Shown in pieces: positions 11,232-22,879 of a DNA stretch of 64,000 bases (position 1 is its first letter; each line of letters begins with the position of its first letter). Under the pieces are notes generated by a model. It was given only the letters and a program-made list of their open reading frames with translations, searched no databases and was not told the DNA's origin. The position numbers and the translations under genes are program-made. This DNA is from Aulosira sp. ZfuVER01 (GTDB lineage Bacteria; Cyanobacteriota; Cyanobacteriia; Cyanobacteriales; Nostocaceae): assembly GCA_034530615.2 (NCBI GenBank), contig JAVRCV020000041.1, forward strand, positions 64,001-128,000, given 5' to 3'.

Positions 11232-11724
11232 GTATATCAGCTGGAATAATTGTGTTGTTGACAGTTTAGCAATCAGGATTTCCAAGAATTTTTAAGTTTT
11301 CATACTCAAGATAGGCTCTACTTCTCGATCGTTTCACGCAGAAATGATCCTAAAAATACAGCTTTACTTTTAACAATCATTTCTCTGTTTGCTAGCTTTC
11401 TCCGGAACTATCGTCTAGGAGATTATGACACTTTTATATGTGCCAACTTTACCTCCTGGATTACTTTTATAAGATAGCACTTTGCTAACTTAGTTGCTGG
11501 TATTTTAAACACCGACCAACCAAGCTTTTCGTAACTGTGTAATGAAACGTAATGGTTACATTTAATCAACAAATCCCCATAGAATAAAACTCGGGAAAAT
11601 GTGACGCTTAATACAAAAAATCGCCTGTGGGATGTGCGTCTTCCTTGGTATCTGACCGATCTGTATCACTATAACCTGAGTTTTAGTCTCTTCCCAGGCA
11701 GTAGACGCCTTTTTTGTGCTGGGA

Positions 11725-12465
11725 TTAATGACGATAAGCAACTTGGAGACTGCGGGCTAAAATTACCAAAGATGCGATCGCCATCAACGCACCCCAGAAC
11801 CAATAAGGTAAAAACAGATACCTCTCCATTTGCGCCGTATCCGAAATTCCTAATGGGCCAGCACTATAGCTAAATAAATAATTCAATTGATGGTATGTAC
11901 TTATACAAGCTTGTACGCCGAGAAATTGAATGCTAAACCCTTGCACCCAACGCGGCGCTTTCAAGCTAATACCCAAAATAATTAAACCCAGCAGGGGAAT
12001 TGCGACAATTCCAAATAAGGAACGTACCCAAACTAAGGTGGAAAGCAGTAAAAAGCCCCCTAATATTTTCAAACTCAGGGAAGCTGCTTTAAAACTGCGG
12101 GAAGCCAAAATCAACGCTGCACCTGCAATTGGTGGACCCATTGGCCCTGCGGCTGCAACCAACGCCGGGCCAATTGGCCCTAATGACGAAGCGATGCGAT
12201 AAGTTGCGACACCAGAACCATTGCCAAAAATCTGTAATTTCTGAAATTGTCCCCCCAAAATTAGCGCCATCAAGCCATGACCCATTTCGTGAAACCAGGT
12301 AGCTAGGATAGTAAAAGGGTATAAAATATAATCACCTCCTGGGACTTGCCACAACACTATAGTCGCGATCGCTGCGGCAATCAACCAAGTTAGCCCCATT
12401 CGTTCTACTTCAGGCGGTGCTTCTTGGGGAAGCAAGTTTTCAAAATCTTTTCCTGGTTCCCTCAT
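11725..12465 (-). CDS. M50B-like membrane metallopeptidase
   Basis: HEMGH motif, AAAGP, SD motif and multiple TM helices. Confidence 0.85.
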   Translation of the reverse strand: MREPGKDFENLLPQEAPPEVERMGLTWLIAAAIATIVLWQVPGGDYILYPFTILATWFHEMGHGLMALILGGQFQKLQIFGNGSGVATYRIASSLGPIGPALVAAAGPMGPPIAGAALILASRSFKAASLSLKILGGFLLLSTLVWVRSLFGIVAIPLLGLIILGISLKAPRWVQGFSIQFLGVQACISTYHQLNYLFSYSAGPLGISDTAQMERYLFLPYWFWGALMAIASLVILARSLQVAYRH

Positions 12466-12596
12466 TGGTGACGTTCCTTAAGGTAATTACCTCAATGGCT
12501 TGAGTGTATTTTCTTCCATCCTAATCTACTTACTCAGTTTCCATCTGAGATAAAAACTCTCGTAGTCAGGACTTTATTCCTGACTACAAAATTAGT

Positions 12597-13499
12597 CTAC
12601 GCGATTTGGAAGAGGAATGTTACCATGTCTCCCTTACCCAAACTGATGCGATCGCCTGGTCTGAGGCGGTGTCTGTTCCCAGGTAATAGTGGCAAGTTAT
12701 TGATGTAGGTGCCATTAGAGCTACCAACATCTTCTATATAATGAGCATCTCCCTCAACGCGAATATCTGCATGAATCCGCGAGACAATTTCCGAATTGGG
12801 AAATCCTGAAACATCCACATCTGGGGGAATGCGGTCATTAGGTTTGCCGATATGAATTACAGACAGCGTTTGGGGTAATTCTATATCCGTATCGCTTTGG
12901 ACGTGGAATAGTCGTGCTGTTACCTGTTGTAATTGGGTTCTGGCAGGACTGACAGCAGGTGGTGGAGTTGCAGCTACTGGTTCCGGTTCGGGTGGTGCAA
13001 CTGGTTCTGGCTCCGATACTGCTGCAACTGGTTCCGGTTCTGGTACTGCTGCGACTGGTTCCGGTTCCGGGGATGGAGTAGGAACGCCTTGCCCAGAAAC
13101 AACAGGTTGTGCAGGGCTGATTTCTACTACTTGTGGCGGTGCTATTGGTGTTGTTAGTTCTGGAGGAACGGAAACCGCTGTTGGTGGTAAAGGTGAAGCA
13201 GCAACGGGATTGGGAACTGCCAAGGGGTCTGGTTGTATCAATTCTACCAGTGGGTCAGGAGTAACCAAAGGTGGTACTTCTAAAGGAACGTCAGGTGCGA
13301 CGGTTGCTGCTACTGCTGTTGGAGGTGCTGCGGCACTGGCGCGCAAGTTATAGCCACACTGACCACAGAAAGCGGCATCTGCCTGCACAGTTGCCCCACA
13401 GCTGGGACAGTTGTTAGTCGCTGGTAACGGCGTATAACATGCTTCACACTGGACAGCGCCGTCTGGGTTGGGGTGATTGCAATTAGGGCAGACGATCAT
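12597..13499 (-). CDS. fraH: FraH: double Zn-ribbon, Pro-rich linker, FHA domain filament-integrity protein
   Basis: MIVCPNCNHPNPDGAVQCEAC..., PEPEPVAA repeats, FHA (VSRIHA, GSSNGT); directly downstream of pgl/devB. Confidence 0.85.
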   Translation of the reverse strand: MIVCPNCNHPNPDGAVQCEACYTPLPATNNCPSCGATVQADAAFCGQCGYNLRASAAAPPTAVAATVAPDVPLEVPPLVTPDPLVELIQPDPLAVPNPVAASPLPPTAVSVPPELTTPIAPPQVVEISPAQPVVSGQGVPTPSPEPEPVAAVPEPEPVAAVSEPEPVAPPEPEPVAATPPPAVSPARTQLQQVTARLFHVQSDTDIELPQTLSVIHIGKPNDRIPPDVDVSGFPNSEIVSRIHADIRVEGDAHYIEDVGSSNGTYINNLPLLPGNRHRLRPGDRISLGKGDMVTFLFQIA

Positions 13500-13544
13500 G
13501 GATTTAAGCCTTTGTTCAAGCTCATCATAAAATGGGACTGGCAA

Positions 13545-13715
13545 GCAGAGAGAACTCCGAGCGGCGGCTCCAGCCGTAGACGCGTAGCGGTGAAGCAGCG
13601 CGATCTTGGGGGTTTCCCCCATGAGCGACTGCTGTTAGCGTAGCGGTAGCGACGTTCGCGAAGCGTCTCCCCTTGGGAGAAGGAGCGTCACCCGAAGGGC
13701 TTGCCGCAGGCATCG
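13545..13715. repeat. Composite of small dispersed repeats
   Basis: GC-rich palindromic units (gtagacgcgtagcgg, gttagcgtagcggtagcgacg, cccgaagggc) shared with 16573-16760. Confidence 0.7.
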
Positions 13716-13894
13716 GAAGTTCGGCACAGATGCAACTCTAGCTTTCGATTTTAGCAATTACTCCTGATGAGTTAATACGCATCTCAATGTCATTTGTCAT
13801 TTGTCCAAAGTCCAATTTGTAAATACAAAGAACTAATGACCAATGACAAATGACGACCTTGATGAGTCAATATCCAAATTTAGGGAACTTAAGT

Positions 13895-14611
13895 TTAGAG
13901 TTCCGAACCCGCCGCCGCATCTAGCAGCCACCAAAGTTCCCCTTGGGGTTGAATTAAGCGCGATGGGTAAGTGGATTCATCGGCTACGGGTGCAAATACT
14001 TGAGCTAAAGCTGGGCGTTTATTCGCACCTGCAACTAGAAAAATGACGCTGCGAGCCGAGTTGATGAATGGGTAAGTGAAGGTGATGCGGATGCTGCTAT
14101 CTTTATTACCCACTGTAATTAAGCGATCGCTTACTTTTAACGCTTCTGTGTGAGGAAATAAAGATGCAGTGTGTGCATCATCACCCATTCCTAGTAAAAC
14201 TACATCTAAAGCCGGGAATTCTCCAGATGCAGAATTAAAAAAGTTTTGCAGATGCCGTTCGTACTTAACTGCTGCAACTGCCGGATCGGCTTCCAAAGTC
14301 GGGATAGCGTGAATGTTTCCCTCTGGAATCTCAACGCGATCTAGCCACGCACGACGCACCATCAGTTCATTGCTATCAGGATGATCTGGTGGAACATAAC
14401 GCTCATCCCCCCAGAATACATGAATTTTATCCCAAGGCAGTTTTTGATTAGCGATCGCCTCGTACAACGGCTTAGGTGTACTGCCACCAGCTAAGGCGAT
14501 GGTAAACCGCCCTCGCTCTTTAATAGCAGTATCTATCTTGGGCAGGATCAAGTCTAGCGCCCGCTTAACTAGAGCTGACTGATCCGGTAGAACTTCGACC
14601 GTTTTGTTCAT
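13895..14611 (-). CDS. pgl: 6-phosphogluconolactonase (DevB)
   Basis: ALAGGSTP, FWGDERYVP, LLGMGDDAHTASLFP. Confidence 0.95.
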   Translation of the reverse strand: MNKTVEVLPDQSALVKRALDLILPKIDTAIKERGRFTIALAGGSTPKPLYEAIANQKLPWDKIHVFWGDERYVPPDHPDSNELMVRRAWLDRVEIPEGNIHAIPTLEADPAVAAVKYERHLQNFFNSASGEFPALDVVLLGMGDDAHTASLFPHTEALKVSDRLITVGNKDSSIRITFTYPFINSARSVIFLVAGANKRPALAQVFAPVADESTYPSRLIQPQGELWWLLDAAAGSEL

Positions 14612-14802
14612 GGCTTTATCATCACTGTGCCTGCTTCCAGCAATACAATACCGAACTTATTACAGTCCCCCTTTTTAACTTTTGAAACTTTTAACAACAG
14701 TGGGTATTGAGCATGGGGCATGGGGCATTGGGCACGGGACAAAAGTCATTGCTTACTTCTCCCTTGTCTTCCTTGTCCTCCTCATCCCCCTTGTCCCTTT
14801 CC

Positions 14803-15546
14803 TCAATTCCCTACAAAAATCTCATCCCAGTCGGTAATCGCTTCTCGTTGGGCGATTAATAATTCCTGAATTCCTTTTTCTGCACAATCTAATAACTGAT
14901 TCAACTGGCTACGGCTAAAGCTACCTTCTTCGCCTGTTCCTTGAACTTCGATGATTCCCAGGTGTTGATTCATCACGACGTTGAAATCGACTGTGGCAGC
15001 TACGTCTTCGATATAGTTGAGATCTAAAAATGGCTCTTCTTGCAATAAACCTACGGAGACTGCTGCTATTTGTCCGCACAGGGGCGATCGCTCTAATTTC
15101 CCTTGGCGTAATAATTGAGAAATGGCATTAGCTAACGCCACAAAGGAGCCTGTAATTGCTGTTGTCCTAGTTCCAGCATCTGCTTGCAATACATCAGCGT
15201 CTACAGTCAGGGTGCGTTCTCCCAGCACCTCAAAATCTAATGCTGCTCGTAAGCTGCGTCCAATTAACCGTTGAATTTCTTGCGTCCGTCCTGATAATTT
15301 CATCAATTCCCTTTCGTGCCGTTGTTGCGTGGCACTGGGAAGCATTCGATATTCAGCAGTTAACCAACCCTTGCCGCTTCCTGCTAGAAACTTGGGCACT
15401 CCCTCAGTAACGCTGACAGTACAAAGTACCTGAGTATCGCCGCATTTTGTCAGCACAGAACCAGGAGCAAAGCGGGTAAAGCCACTGTCAAAGCTGATGG
15501 GACGGAGTTGGTAGGGGTACCTGCCGTCTGGACGCTGCCAAACCAT
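14803..15546 (-). CDS. rph: Ribonuclease PH
   Basis: [44 protein letters not shown]. Confidence 0.95.
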   Translation of the reverse strand: MVWQRPDGRYPYQLRPISFDSGFTRFAPGSVLTKCGDTQVLCTVSVTEGVPKFLAGSGKGWLTAEYRMLPSATQQRHERELMKLSGRTQEIQRLIGRSLRAALDFEVLGERTLTVDADVLQADAGTRTTAITGSFVALANAISQLLRQGKLERSPLCGQIAAVSVGLLQEEPFLDLNYIEDVAATVDFNVVMNQHLGIIEVQGTGEEGSFSRSQLNQLLDCAEKGIQELLIAQREAITDWDEIFVGN

Positions 15547-15679
15547 TGGAGTTGCCTCAGAATTTTTATATGGAATACTGCCTTAAGGTTACATTAGCGT
15601 CACAGTCTCTCTGGAAGCTCGATTGTATAGTCAGCACAAAACCAACGTGATGAAACTCCGTGTGAAATTGCAGATTTTC

Positions 15680-16288
15680 TTAAGAAACTAAAAGTAGATT
15701 GAGAATATGGTGATGAACTACCTGTGGTGATTGGTCGCCATTGATAGTCAAAAGTCGGCGGCGACGGTCGTAATATTCGAGTATGGGGATAGTGCGATCG
15801 TAGAATAACTCTATACGCCGCTGTACAATTTCGGGTTGCTCGTCGGGAAGCGAACGTCCCAAACAGCGATTAACCATAATAGCTTCTGGTACTTGTAAAT
15901 AAATTGCCCAGTCTAACTTTTGACCTAAATATTCTAATAAAAAATCTAATTCTTCTGCTTGGAAAGCAGTACGCGGATAGCCTTCCAATAGCCAACCCGA
16001 TTTTAAATCAAGCTGTGTCAGCTGCATCCGAATCAATTCAATCATCATTTCATCAGGGACTAGTTCCCCTTTTTCTACGTATGGCTGTGCATGGCGTCCC
16101 AAATCACAGATGTGATTGTTGAGATAAAAAGGCAGAGTATCTTTCTCGAAGAGGATCTGCTTGTCGCCAGACATGGCTTCTCGTAAAATTTCACCTGTAG
16201 AAATCTTAGGAATATCAAAGTGTCTACAAAGGTTTTGTGCTTGAGTGCTTTTTCCCGATCCTGAACCGCCCAGAATCACCAATCTCAC
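15680..16288 (-). CDS. Adenylate kinase family protein
   Basis: GGSGSGKSTQA P-loop, STGEILR, GELVPD, EGYPRT; short LID. Confidence 0.85.
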   Translation of the reverse strand: MRLVILGGSGSGKSTQAQNLCRHFDIPKISTGEILREAMSGDKQILFEKDTLPFYLNNHICDLGRHAQPYVEKGELVPDEMMIELIRMQLTQLDLKSGWLLEGYPRTAFQAEELDFLLEYLGQKLDWAIYLQVPEAIMVNRCLGRSLPDEQPEIVQRRIELFYDRTIPILEYYDRRRRLLTINGDQSPQVVHHHILNLLLVS

Positions 16289-16572
16289 AACAATTCACTC
16301 CTCATCCTGTCAAATTTACTACTTACCTACTATGTTGTGCCCAAACCAATGGGAAATCTAACATCTACTGATTTTCAGCCCTTGCACCCAACGTTTTGAT
16401 GAATTTTAACTGCTAGTTATGTGTTTTTATTGTGACAACTACTTGCATTTGCTAGCGATCGATGCCAATATCATTAACTCTTGACTTCCGAGCAAACCTA
16501 GTGCTTGACTAAGAATGCAACTTGCTAAATACAATACATTTGTAAAAGTTAAATTGATTATAGAGATAGATT

Positions 16573-16760
16573 TGCGTAGACGCGCAGTGGTGTTAGCGCA
16601 GCGGTAGCGACGTAGGAGCGTCAGCAGTGCGTTGGGGAGCCACTGTGTTGGACGGGTTTCCCGGCTTGTTCGCTGAAAGCGTTCCCGCAGGGTAGCAAGT
16701 GGCGTCGGGTTCCCCGACTTGAAGCAACTGCTGAACCCGAAGGGCTTGTCGTGCGACATC
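16573..16760. repeat. Multiply nested small dispersed repeats
   Basis: agcagtgcgttgg[ggagccactgtgttgg...caagtggcgt]cgggttccccgacttgaagcaactgct nesting pattern. Confidence 0.75.
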
Positions 16761-16813
16761 GCTATTATCAGCAAAATCATTTCGATAGTTTGTAATATTT
16801 TAAACTTTGTTTT

Positions 16814-17350
16814 ATGGTAGCCCAGCTAGATACCCCAAGTGTAAATTCGAGCCTCAATTTACCATCCCCTGTTGAAGGACTAGTACAAGTTTTCACTAGT
16901 ACACACCGTAACTTTTTTACTAACGTTATGGCCCAAGCACTGAGAATTGCCGGTCAAGGCACACCAGTGTTAGTAGTACAGTTTCTCAAAGGTGGCATTC
17001 GTCAAGGACATGAACGACCCATTCAAATGGGGCAAAATTTAGATTGGATTCGTTGCGATTTACCTCGCTGTATCGATACACCACAGCTAGACGATACGGA
17101 AAATGAAGCTTTACAAGAACTGTGGCAACATACACAAAAGGTAGTATTCGAGGGTAAGTATTCTCTGGTTGTCTTAGATGAGTTAAGTTTAGCGATCAAC
17201 TTTGGTTTGATTCCAGAATCTGAAGTTTTAGCATTTTTAACAAAACGCCCTCCCCATATCGATATCATCCTGACTGGGCCAGAAACGCCCAAATCTCTGT
17301 TGGATGTGGCAGATCAAATTACCGAGATCCGTCGCAGTCATAGTCCATAG
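16814..17350 (+). CDS. CobA/CobO/BtuR-like P-loop NTPase (corrinoid adenosyltransferase family)
   Basis: GLVQVFT, ALRIAGQG, VQFLKGG, VVLDE, IILTG, ADQITEI. Confidence 0.8.
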   Translation: MVAQLDTPSVNSSLNLPSPVEGLVQVFTSTHRNFFTNVMAQALRIAGQGTPVLVVQFLKGGIRQGHERPIQMGQNLDWIRCDLPRCIDTPQLDDTENEALQELWQHTQKVVFEGKYSLVVLDELSLAINFGLIPESEVLAFLTKRPPHIDIILTGPETPKSLLDVADQITEIRRSHSP

Positions 17351-17418
17351 CTCCTATAGTATTAATCTATAAGCAATGAAACCTCTCCACCAAAAACCGA
17401 AAAAGGTAAAGGTGCTGC

Positions 17419-17721
17419 ATGAGCGACTCCCTAGGACAATACAACGGTCAACCACAACCAAGTAGGCTTGAGCAAATAGAAGTGCTGCTACTACAAACTA
17501 CTGCTAGCTTGAATCGCGTATCTCAACAGCAGGAAGTGAACATCCAAGCGATCGCCCAGCTTGGCGACAAAATTGACCGATTAGCCGATAGGCAAGAGCA
17601 TTTTCAGGTGCAAGTAGAGGAAAGCATTAGTGAGTTAATCAAAACCATTGATTACGCTGTTGATCGGACTAAAGAACTGGTTAGGCGTTTCCTGAAACGA
17701 AGCAGTAATGGACACGAGTAG
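17419..17721 (+). CDS. Hypothetical coiled-coil protein
   Basis: 100-aa ORF, Q/E-rich heptad pattern, co-oriented with neighbours. Confidence 0.6.
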   Translation: MSDSLGQYNGQPQPSRLEQIEVLLLQTTASLNRVSQQQEVNIQAIAQLGDKIDRLADRQEHFQVQVEESISELIKTIDYAVDRTKELVRRFLKRSSNGHE

Positions 17722-17863
17722 ACAAGGTTTGAAACGTAAAAAATAAATTTAGGGGCTGCTCAATCATTTTTTCTTTCTTTTACCATTTAACTGTTGCTTT
17801 GTTCGGTGAAGAATGTGCCACTTCACGCTATCCTAGTACTTCGTTTGAATTAGTTGTGAACTT

Positions 17864-18463
17864 GTGATTAAGAATGATATCTGGATTACTCAAATGGCTC
17901 AAAAGGGTATGATTTCGCCTTTTGAGCCAACTTTAATCCGAAAAGTGCAGCAAAACCCAGAAATAGGGACTAAACCAGTAATTAGCTATGGTTTATCTTC
18001 TTATGGCTACGATATCCGCCTTTCATCATCTGAGTTCCGCATTTTTCGCCACATTCCTGGAACTGTCATTGATCCGAAAAACTTTAATCCGCAGAATCTA
18101 GAATCAACGCCTTTACATACAGATGTTAATGGTAGTTATTTTATACTGCCTGCTCACTCCTATGGTTTAGGTGTAGCCTTAGAAAAGCTAGAGGTTCCAA
18201 ACAATATCACTGTGATATGTATAGGGAAATCCACTTATGCCCGTTGTGGCATAATTGCAAATTTAACCCCTGCTGAGGCGGCTTGGCGAGGTCATCTTAC
18301 CTTAGAGTTCTCCAATTCTTCTAGTGCTGACTGTCGCATCTATGCCAATGAAGGAGTAGTACAGTTGCTATTTTTAGAAGGCGAACCCTGCGCTATCAGT
18401 TACGAAGCCCGTCAAGGCAAATACCAGGATCAGGTAGAAATGGTGACGCTAGCAAAAGTCTAA
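17864..18463 (+). CDS. dcd: dCTP deaminase
   Basis: ISYGLSSYGYD, GKSTYARCG, TPAE, LEFSN, KYQ. Confidence 0.95.
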   Translation: MIKNDIWITQMAQKGMISPFEPTLIRKVQQNPEIGTKPVISYGLSSYGYDIRLSSSEFRIFRHIPGTVIDPKNFNPQNLESTPLHTDVNGSYFILPAHSYGLGVALEKLEVPNNITVICIGKSTYARCGIIANLTPAEAAWRGHLTLEFSNSSSADCRIYANEGVVQLLFLEGEPCAISYEARQGKYQDQVEMVTLAKV

Positions 18464-18485
18464 TTTTAGAATTGGAGTACAGCAA

Positions 18486-19208
18486 CTAGGGTGCTAATCT
18501 CGCTTTACCTAAACGAGATTTTTCATACCATTCTGCGATCGCGGGCACCCAGTCTGCAAAATGGGGCCACATCATTTCACACAACTTTTGAATTTCGAGT
18601 TGAGCATCTTTCTTGTTTCTCAAGTCGCAAAAATGTAAGAAAGACCGAAGATTGAAACTCACTACAAAATGCTGGCGATAATCAAAAGGCATTTTTCCTC
18701 TTACGTGTTCCTCAGACATACCAGCCTCAAAATCAGCATTGTATTGCTTGGCTGCTTCAAAACACCACTCTAAATCTGCTGCTCTTTTCTCTGGTGAATA
18801 ATAGTACTTTTTGCCTTGTCTATCAGTGTAGTAACCAACAGGACGCAGATAAAAAACATCTTCGATGTCTTTCTTGCCTTCTACTACATCAATAAATTGA
18901 TTACCTGTGTATCTAAAAGATTGTACATCAAAGGATACGCCTACCCTATGAGTACGCGCCTGCTGCATCACACTGTGGGGAAAGTAGCCACAGTTAAAGA
19001 CAATCTGGGGATGCTCTAAAGGCCCGTAATGTCCCCTTTCACCTGCTAAAAGTCGCTTAACAATAATTTCGCCGCTTTGTGACTCTGACGGCCAAGAGTC
19101 CCGTTCGTCATAAACGAATCCCTCAGTATAGTCTTGGTGCATGGCGGCATAAATCACCTGCTGGGGATTGGGTGTTTTGCTGATAACTTCTACGCGAAAT
19201 CGATCCAT
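18486..19208 (-). CDS. thyX: FAD-dependent thymidylate synthase
   Basis: GHYGPLEH, QARTHR, SFRY, NLRS, AQLEI. Confidence 0.9.
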   Translation of the reverse strand: MDRFRVEVISKTPNPQQVIYAAMHQDYTEGFVYDERDSWPSESQSGEIIVKRLLAGERGHYGPLEHPQIVFNCGYFPHSVMQQARTHRVGVSFDVQSFRYTGNQFIDVVEGKKDIEDVFYLRPVGYYTDRQGKKYYYSPEKRAADLEWCFEAAKQYNADFEAGMSEEHVRGKMPFDYRQHFVVSFNLRSFLHFCDLRNKKDAQLEIQKLCEMMWPHFADWVPAIAEWYEKSRLGKARLAP

Positions 19209-19320
19209 GAGCTAGTTAAAACTTGATTATGGGCTAGGAATCCATGAGAACGATTCATTATCATAGCCCTTTGACTTCATCATCAGCAGACTCATTTAGT
19301 TTACAAAAATTAATAATTGC

Positions 19321-19338
19321 GTTACACTTCGTTACATA
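19321..19338 (+). promoter_or_regulatory. HLR1-type direct repeat (putative RpaB site) upstream of the hli gene
   Basis: gttacact-tc-gttacata fits (G/T)TTACA(W)(W)-N2-(G/T)TTACA(W)(W) with one mismatch. Confidence 0.65.
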
Positions 19339-19361
19339 GTGATTCAAAACGGGAAAATCTT

Positions 19362-19577
19362 ATGCGTACAAATGCTTCTATCATTGACGACCAGGGTTTA
19401 ATGAACAACTTTGCGATCGAGCCAAAGGTGTATGTAGATGAGCAAGGTAATCGCACTGGGTTTACAAACTATGCAGAACTCCTCAACGGTCGTTTAGCAA
19501 TGATTGGTTTTGTGGCTCTCATCGCTTTAGAAGTTTTCACAGGACACGGGATCTTTGGTTTGTTAGCAAATCTGTAA
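19362..19577 (+). CDS. High-light-inducible protein (HliP/CAB-like)
   Basis: [10 protein letters not shown] and [13 protein letters not shown] chlorophyll-binding motif; one TM helix. Confidence 0.92.
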   Translation: MRTNASIIDDQGLMNNFAIEPKVYVDEQGNRTGFTNYAELLNGRLAMIGFVALIALEVFTGHGIFGLLANL

Positions 19578-19731
19578 AAGCTAATTTAAATTGCTTATTT
19601 TATTTAATTAATTTTTTTAACAAGCGCAGAGACGGTAGATTTCCCGTCTCTAAATTTTTGGAAAATTTAATGGTATTTTGAAAACATCTGATAAAACCAG
19701 AAGTTTTCAGGGTAAATATATCAGGTAAATT

Positions 19732-20313
19732 ATGACTTTAACTGCTTCTACAATGTTGCCTTTAGGCACAATTGCTCCAGATTTTCATCTACCAGAAGTA
19801 GTATCTGGAGAGGTAATTTCTCTGGCTAATTTTGCCGATAAAAAAGCATTGTTAGTCATGTTTGTTTGTCGGCATTGTCCATTTGTCAAGCACGTTCAAA
19901 AGCAATTAGCGCTGCTAGGAGAAGATTATTTCAACAGCGATTTAGGAATAGTTGCTATTAGTGCTAATGATGCAAAAAACTATCCAGATGATGCACCAGA
20001 GTCGTTAAAAGCAATGGCAACAGAACTAGGGTTTAAATTTCCCTTGTGCTACGACGAAACTCAGGAAACTGCTAAGGCTTATACAGCAGCTTGCACTCCT
20101 GATTTTTTTGTATTTGATGGCGAACGCAAACTTGTTTATCGTGGGCAATTAGATGATAGCCGACCCAGTAATAACAAACCTGTAACGGGTGCCGATTTAC
20201 GTGCAGCTATTGAGGCGGTGCTGACAGATAAACCTCTATTAGATGAGCAAAACCCTAGTATTGGATGCAATATCAAGTGGAAAGCTGGTAATGCACCCAG
20301 TTATTTTGGTTGA
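19732..20313 (+). CDS. Thioredoxin-fold / AhpC-TSA family redoxin
   Basis: APDFHLP, CRHCPFV, AACTPDFF, YRGQLDD, SIGCNIKW. Confidence 0.9.
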   Translation: MTLTASTMLPLGTIAPDFHLPEVVSGEVISLANFADKKALLVMFVCRHCPFVKHVQKQLALLGEDYFNSDLGIVAISANDAKNYPDDAPESLKAMATELGFKFPLCYDETQETAKAYTAACTPDFFVFDGERKLVYRGQLDDSRPSNNKPVTGADLRAAIEAVLTDKPLLDEQNPSIGCNIKWKAGNAPSYFG

Positions 20314-20416
20314 TTAAACTCTAACTTGAAAATGGGGCATTTAGTATATAGTTTATCCCCTTGTTGTTGGCTTTTGCCTGTGATTAACTAATAAATCGAC
20401 AGATGCCAGAATAAAA

Positions 20417-20456
20417 ATTCACCCTCGCTATAATTTCTAAACTAGTGAGGGTGAAT
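20417..20456. terminator. Hairpin between convergent genes
   Basis: attcaccctcgcta ... tagtgagggtgaat. Confidence 0.6.
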
Positions 20457-20468
20457 GTAAATTTGCGA

Positions 20469-20981
20469 TTAGTGTTTTATTTCTAAATTGAGGATGTAGC
20501 GTCCCAATTGGACTTTTTCTGCCCACAATTCGTATTCTATTCGCAAATGCTCTGGCAAAGATTGTCCACTGAGCACCATTGCAGTCGTAAAATTACGTAG
20601 GCGTATCGGATCGTTAGGTTGCAATGACTCGTTTGGCAACCAATAACGGCTTACACCATAAACACCCTGTTCCCAGAAGTGGCGATAACTCACCTGAGCG
20701 TTACCTTGCATGGTCATGATTACCCGATAAGGGGAAATCTCCAGCCATAAAATCCTCGGACTGCTGGGTGCATAAGCATTGCTCCTTTTTTGGGGAGGCG
20801 TGTCCTCTGGATTTAGTGAACTTACTATTTCGCAACTTATTAAAGGCGGTGCAGTCAAAAGTAAATGAAATCGATCGGTATCTTTTTGATACAATGTTCC
20901 GGCAGTTTCCACAACAGACCAGACTGGCAGGTCAGTGGAAATAAGTGATAAGCACACGGGCTTGCGGTGATGGGTCAGCAT
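20469..20981 (-). CDS. Hypothetical protein
   Basis: 170-aa ORF with ATG start; no recognisable motif. Confidence 0.7.
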   Translation of the reverse strand: MLTHHRKPVCLSLISTDLPVWSVVETAGTLYQKDTDRFHLLLTAPPLISCEIVSSLNPEDTPPQKRSNAYAPSSPRILWLEISPYRVIMTMQGNAQVSYRHFWEQGVYGVSRYWLPNESLQPNDPIRLRNFTTAMVLSGQSLPEHLRIEYELWAEKVQLGRYILNLEIKH

Positions 20982-21499
20982 GGGAGCGATAAGGGCTAAA
21001 AGCTATTGAACAAAAAGAAATCAACACCAGGGTCTCTAGCAGGTCAGGATCAGAAACTAAACAGTGAAACATGCTTAGATATTAACTGAATCTGCTTATT
21101 TGGTAAGGCAGATAAATAAAAATGAAAATAGTTAGGGTACGAATTTAAAAAGCAAAAACTGTGATTTTTATCCGGAAAGGTAATTTCAAAGTAAATTTAT
21201 TGAATATATTGTAAATAATCTTCAGATTACGGAATTAATATAGCTGGACTATTTGCGCAAACACAAGAAGAACGATTTTTGTAGCTTCTAGAAGTGTAGA
21301 GAGCTAACAACTGAACATCAAATTTATTAAGATTGGTAAGAGAAAGCTGACGCTTTCAATAGGTAAAAATATCTATTTTGGAAGATTTGATTAATTTTTA
21401 TAGAGCAAAAGGCGATAGGATACTAGGGAGGAAGTCAACAGCTGCGGCACACGTAGTCGCTTATGTGCTTCCATTGTATTCAAAAGCCAGTGTATTCTA

Positions 21500-22849
21500 A
21501 TGTCGGCTGCTGTCATAACCGTAGAAACGCAAACAGACCTTTCTCATAATTTAATTATCCAGCGACCTCCCTTTGGGCTATCCTTGCACGGTCGTATTCG
21601 GGTTCCAGGTGATAAATCTATTTCTCACCGTGCTTTGATGTTGGGTGCAATAGCCCAAGGTGAAACTGAAATTCAAGGACTTCTCTTAGGAGAAGACCCG
21701 CGCAGTACTGCTAGTTGTTTTCAAGCAATGGGCGCGGAAATTTCTGAACTCAACACAGATTTAGTCCGAGTTAAAGGTATTGGACTGGGGAATTTACAAG
21801 AGCCAGTTGATGTGTTGAATGCTGGAAATTCTGGTACTACATTGCGTTTGATGTTGGGACTTTTGGCATCGCATCCAGGGCGCTTTTTTACAGTAACAGG
21901 TGATAGTTCCTTGCGATCGCGTCCTATGTCTCGCGTAGTTAAACCTTTGCAACAAATGGGGGCGCAAATTTGGGGACGCAAAGGAAATTCTTTAGCACCC
22001 CTAGCAATTGCTGGACAAGCCCTCAAACCAATTCACTATCATTCCCCTATCGCCTCTGCCCAAGTTAAATCCTGTATCCTCCTGGCTGGGCTGGCAACTG
22101 AGGGTAAAACAACTGTTACAGAACCCGCCCTTTCTCGCGACCATAGTGAAAGAATGTTACGGGCGTTTGGTGCAGAACTCAGCGTTGACTCCGAAACCAA
22201 TAGCGTAACGATTACCGGGCCAGCACAACTTTATGGGCAAAAGGTGATTGTTCCAGGTGATATTAGTTCAGCAGCCTTTTGGTTAGTCGCTGGAGCAATT
22301 GTCCCTGGTTCAGAATTGGTAGTAGAAAATGTGGGCGTTAATCCCACCCGCACCGGCATATTAGAAGCTTTAGCGTTGATGGGAGCAGATATTCAACTGG
22401 AAAATCAGCGAGAAGTCGCGGGTGAACCAGTAGCGGATATTAGAGTGCGTTCCAGTAATTTAAAAAGCTGCACGATCGCAGGTGAGATCATACCCAGAAT
22501 GATTGATGAAATTCCGATTTTGGCAGTAGCAGCAGTATTTGCTCAAGGAACAACAATTATTCGCGATGCAGCAGAGTTAAGAGTTAAGGAAAGCGATCGC
22601 ATTACTGTAATGGCCCAGCAACTCAATAAAATGGGAGCTAAGGTCAGCGAACTACCCGATGGGATGGAAATTACAGGCGGTACTCCCTTAGTTGGTAGCG
22701 ATGTAGATAGCCATACAGATCATCGCATTGCTATGAGTTTAGCGATCGCGGCTTTGGTCGCCTCTGGAATCACTAAGATTCACCGTGCAGAAGCAGCAGC
22801 GATTTCCTACCCCGGATTCTTTAATACCCTGACAGCGATTATTAACTAG
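21500..22849 (+). CDS. aroA: 3-phosphoshikimate 1-carboxyvinyltransferase (EPSP synthase)
   Basis: [42 protein letters not shown]. Confidence 0.97.
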   Translation: MSAAVITVETQTDLSHNLIIQRPPFGLSLHGRIRVPGDKSISHRALMLGAIAQGETEIQGLLLGEDPRSTASCFQAMGAEISELNTDLVRVKGIGLGNLQEPVDVLNAGNSGTTLRLMLGLLASHPGRFFTVTGDSSLRSRPMSRVVKPLQQMGAQIWGRKGNSLAPLAIAGQALKPIHYHSPIASAQVKSCILLAGLATEGKTTVTEPALSRDHSERMLRAFGAELSVDSETNSVTITGPAQLYGQKVIVPGDISSAAFWLVAGAIVPGSELVVENVGVNPTRTGILEALALMGADIQLENQREVAGEPVADIRVRSSNLKSCTIAGEIIPRMIDEIPILAVAAVFAQGTTIIRDAAELRVKESDRITVMAQQLNKMGAKVSELPDGMEITGGTPLVGSDVDSHTDHRIAMSLAIAALVASGITKIHRAEAAAISYPGFFNTLTAIIN

Positions 22850-22879
22850 TAGTCGGTTCAGTTAATCGAAACTTTGCCT

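Noticed and set aside
11401..11472. TCCGGA plus a tiny ORF MTLLYVPTLPPGLLL upstream of ctpB
   Set aside because: No matching -10 element at DIF1 spacing, RBS spacing too short, and a 6-mer match is expected by chance
16439..16780. 113-aa ORF (also 13525-13713, 7753-8133, and N-terminal extensions of fraH, the response regulator and the PiT gene)
   Set aside because: Frames run through dispersed repeats or lie antisense to real genes
17864..19577. dcd-thyX-hli as prophage auxiliary genes
   Set aside because: No phage structural or integrase genes; HIP1 sites present; ordinary host context
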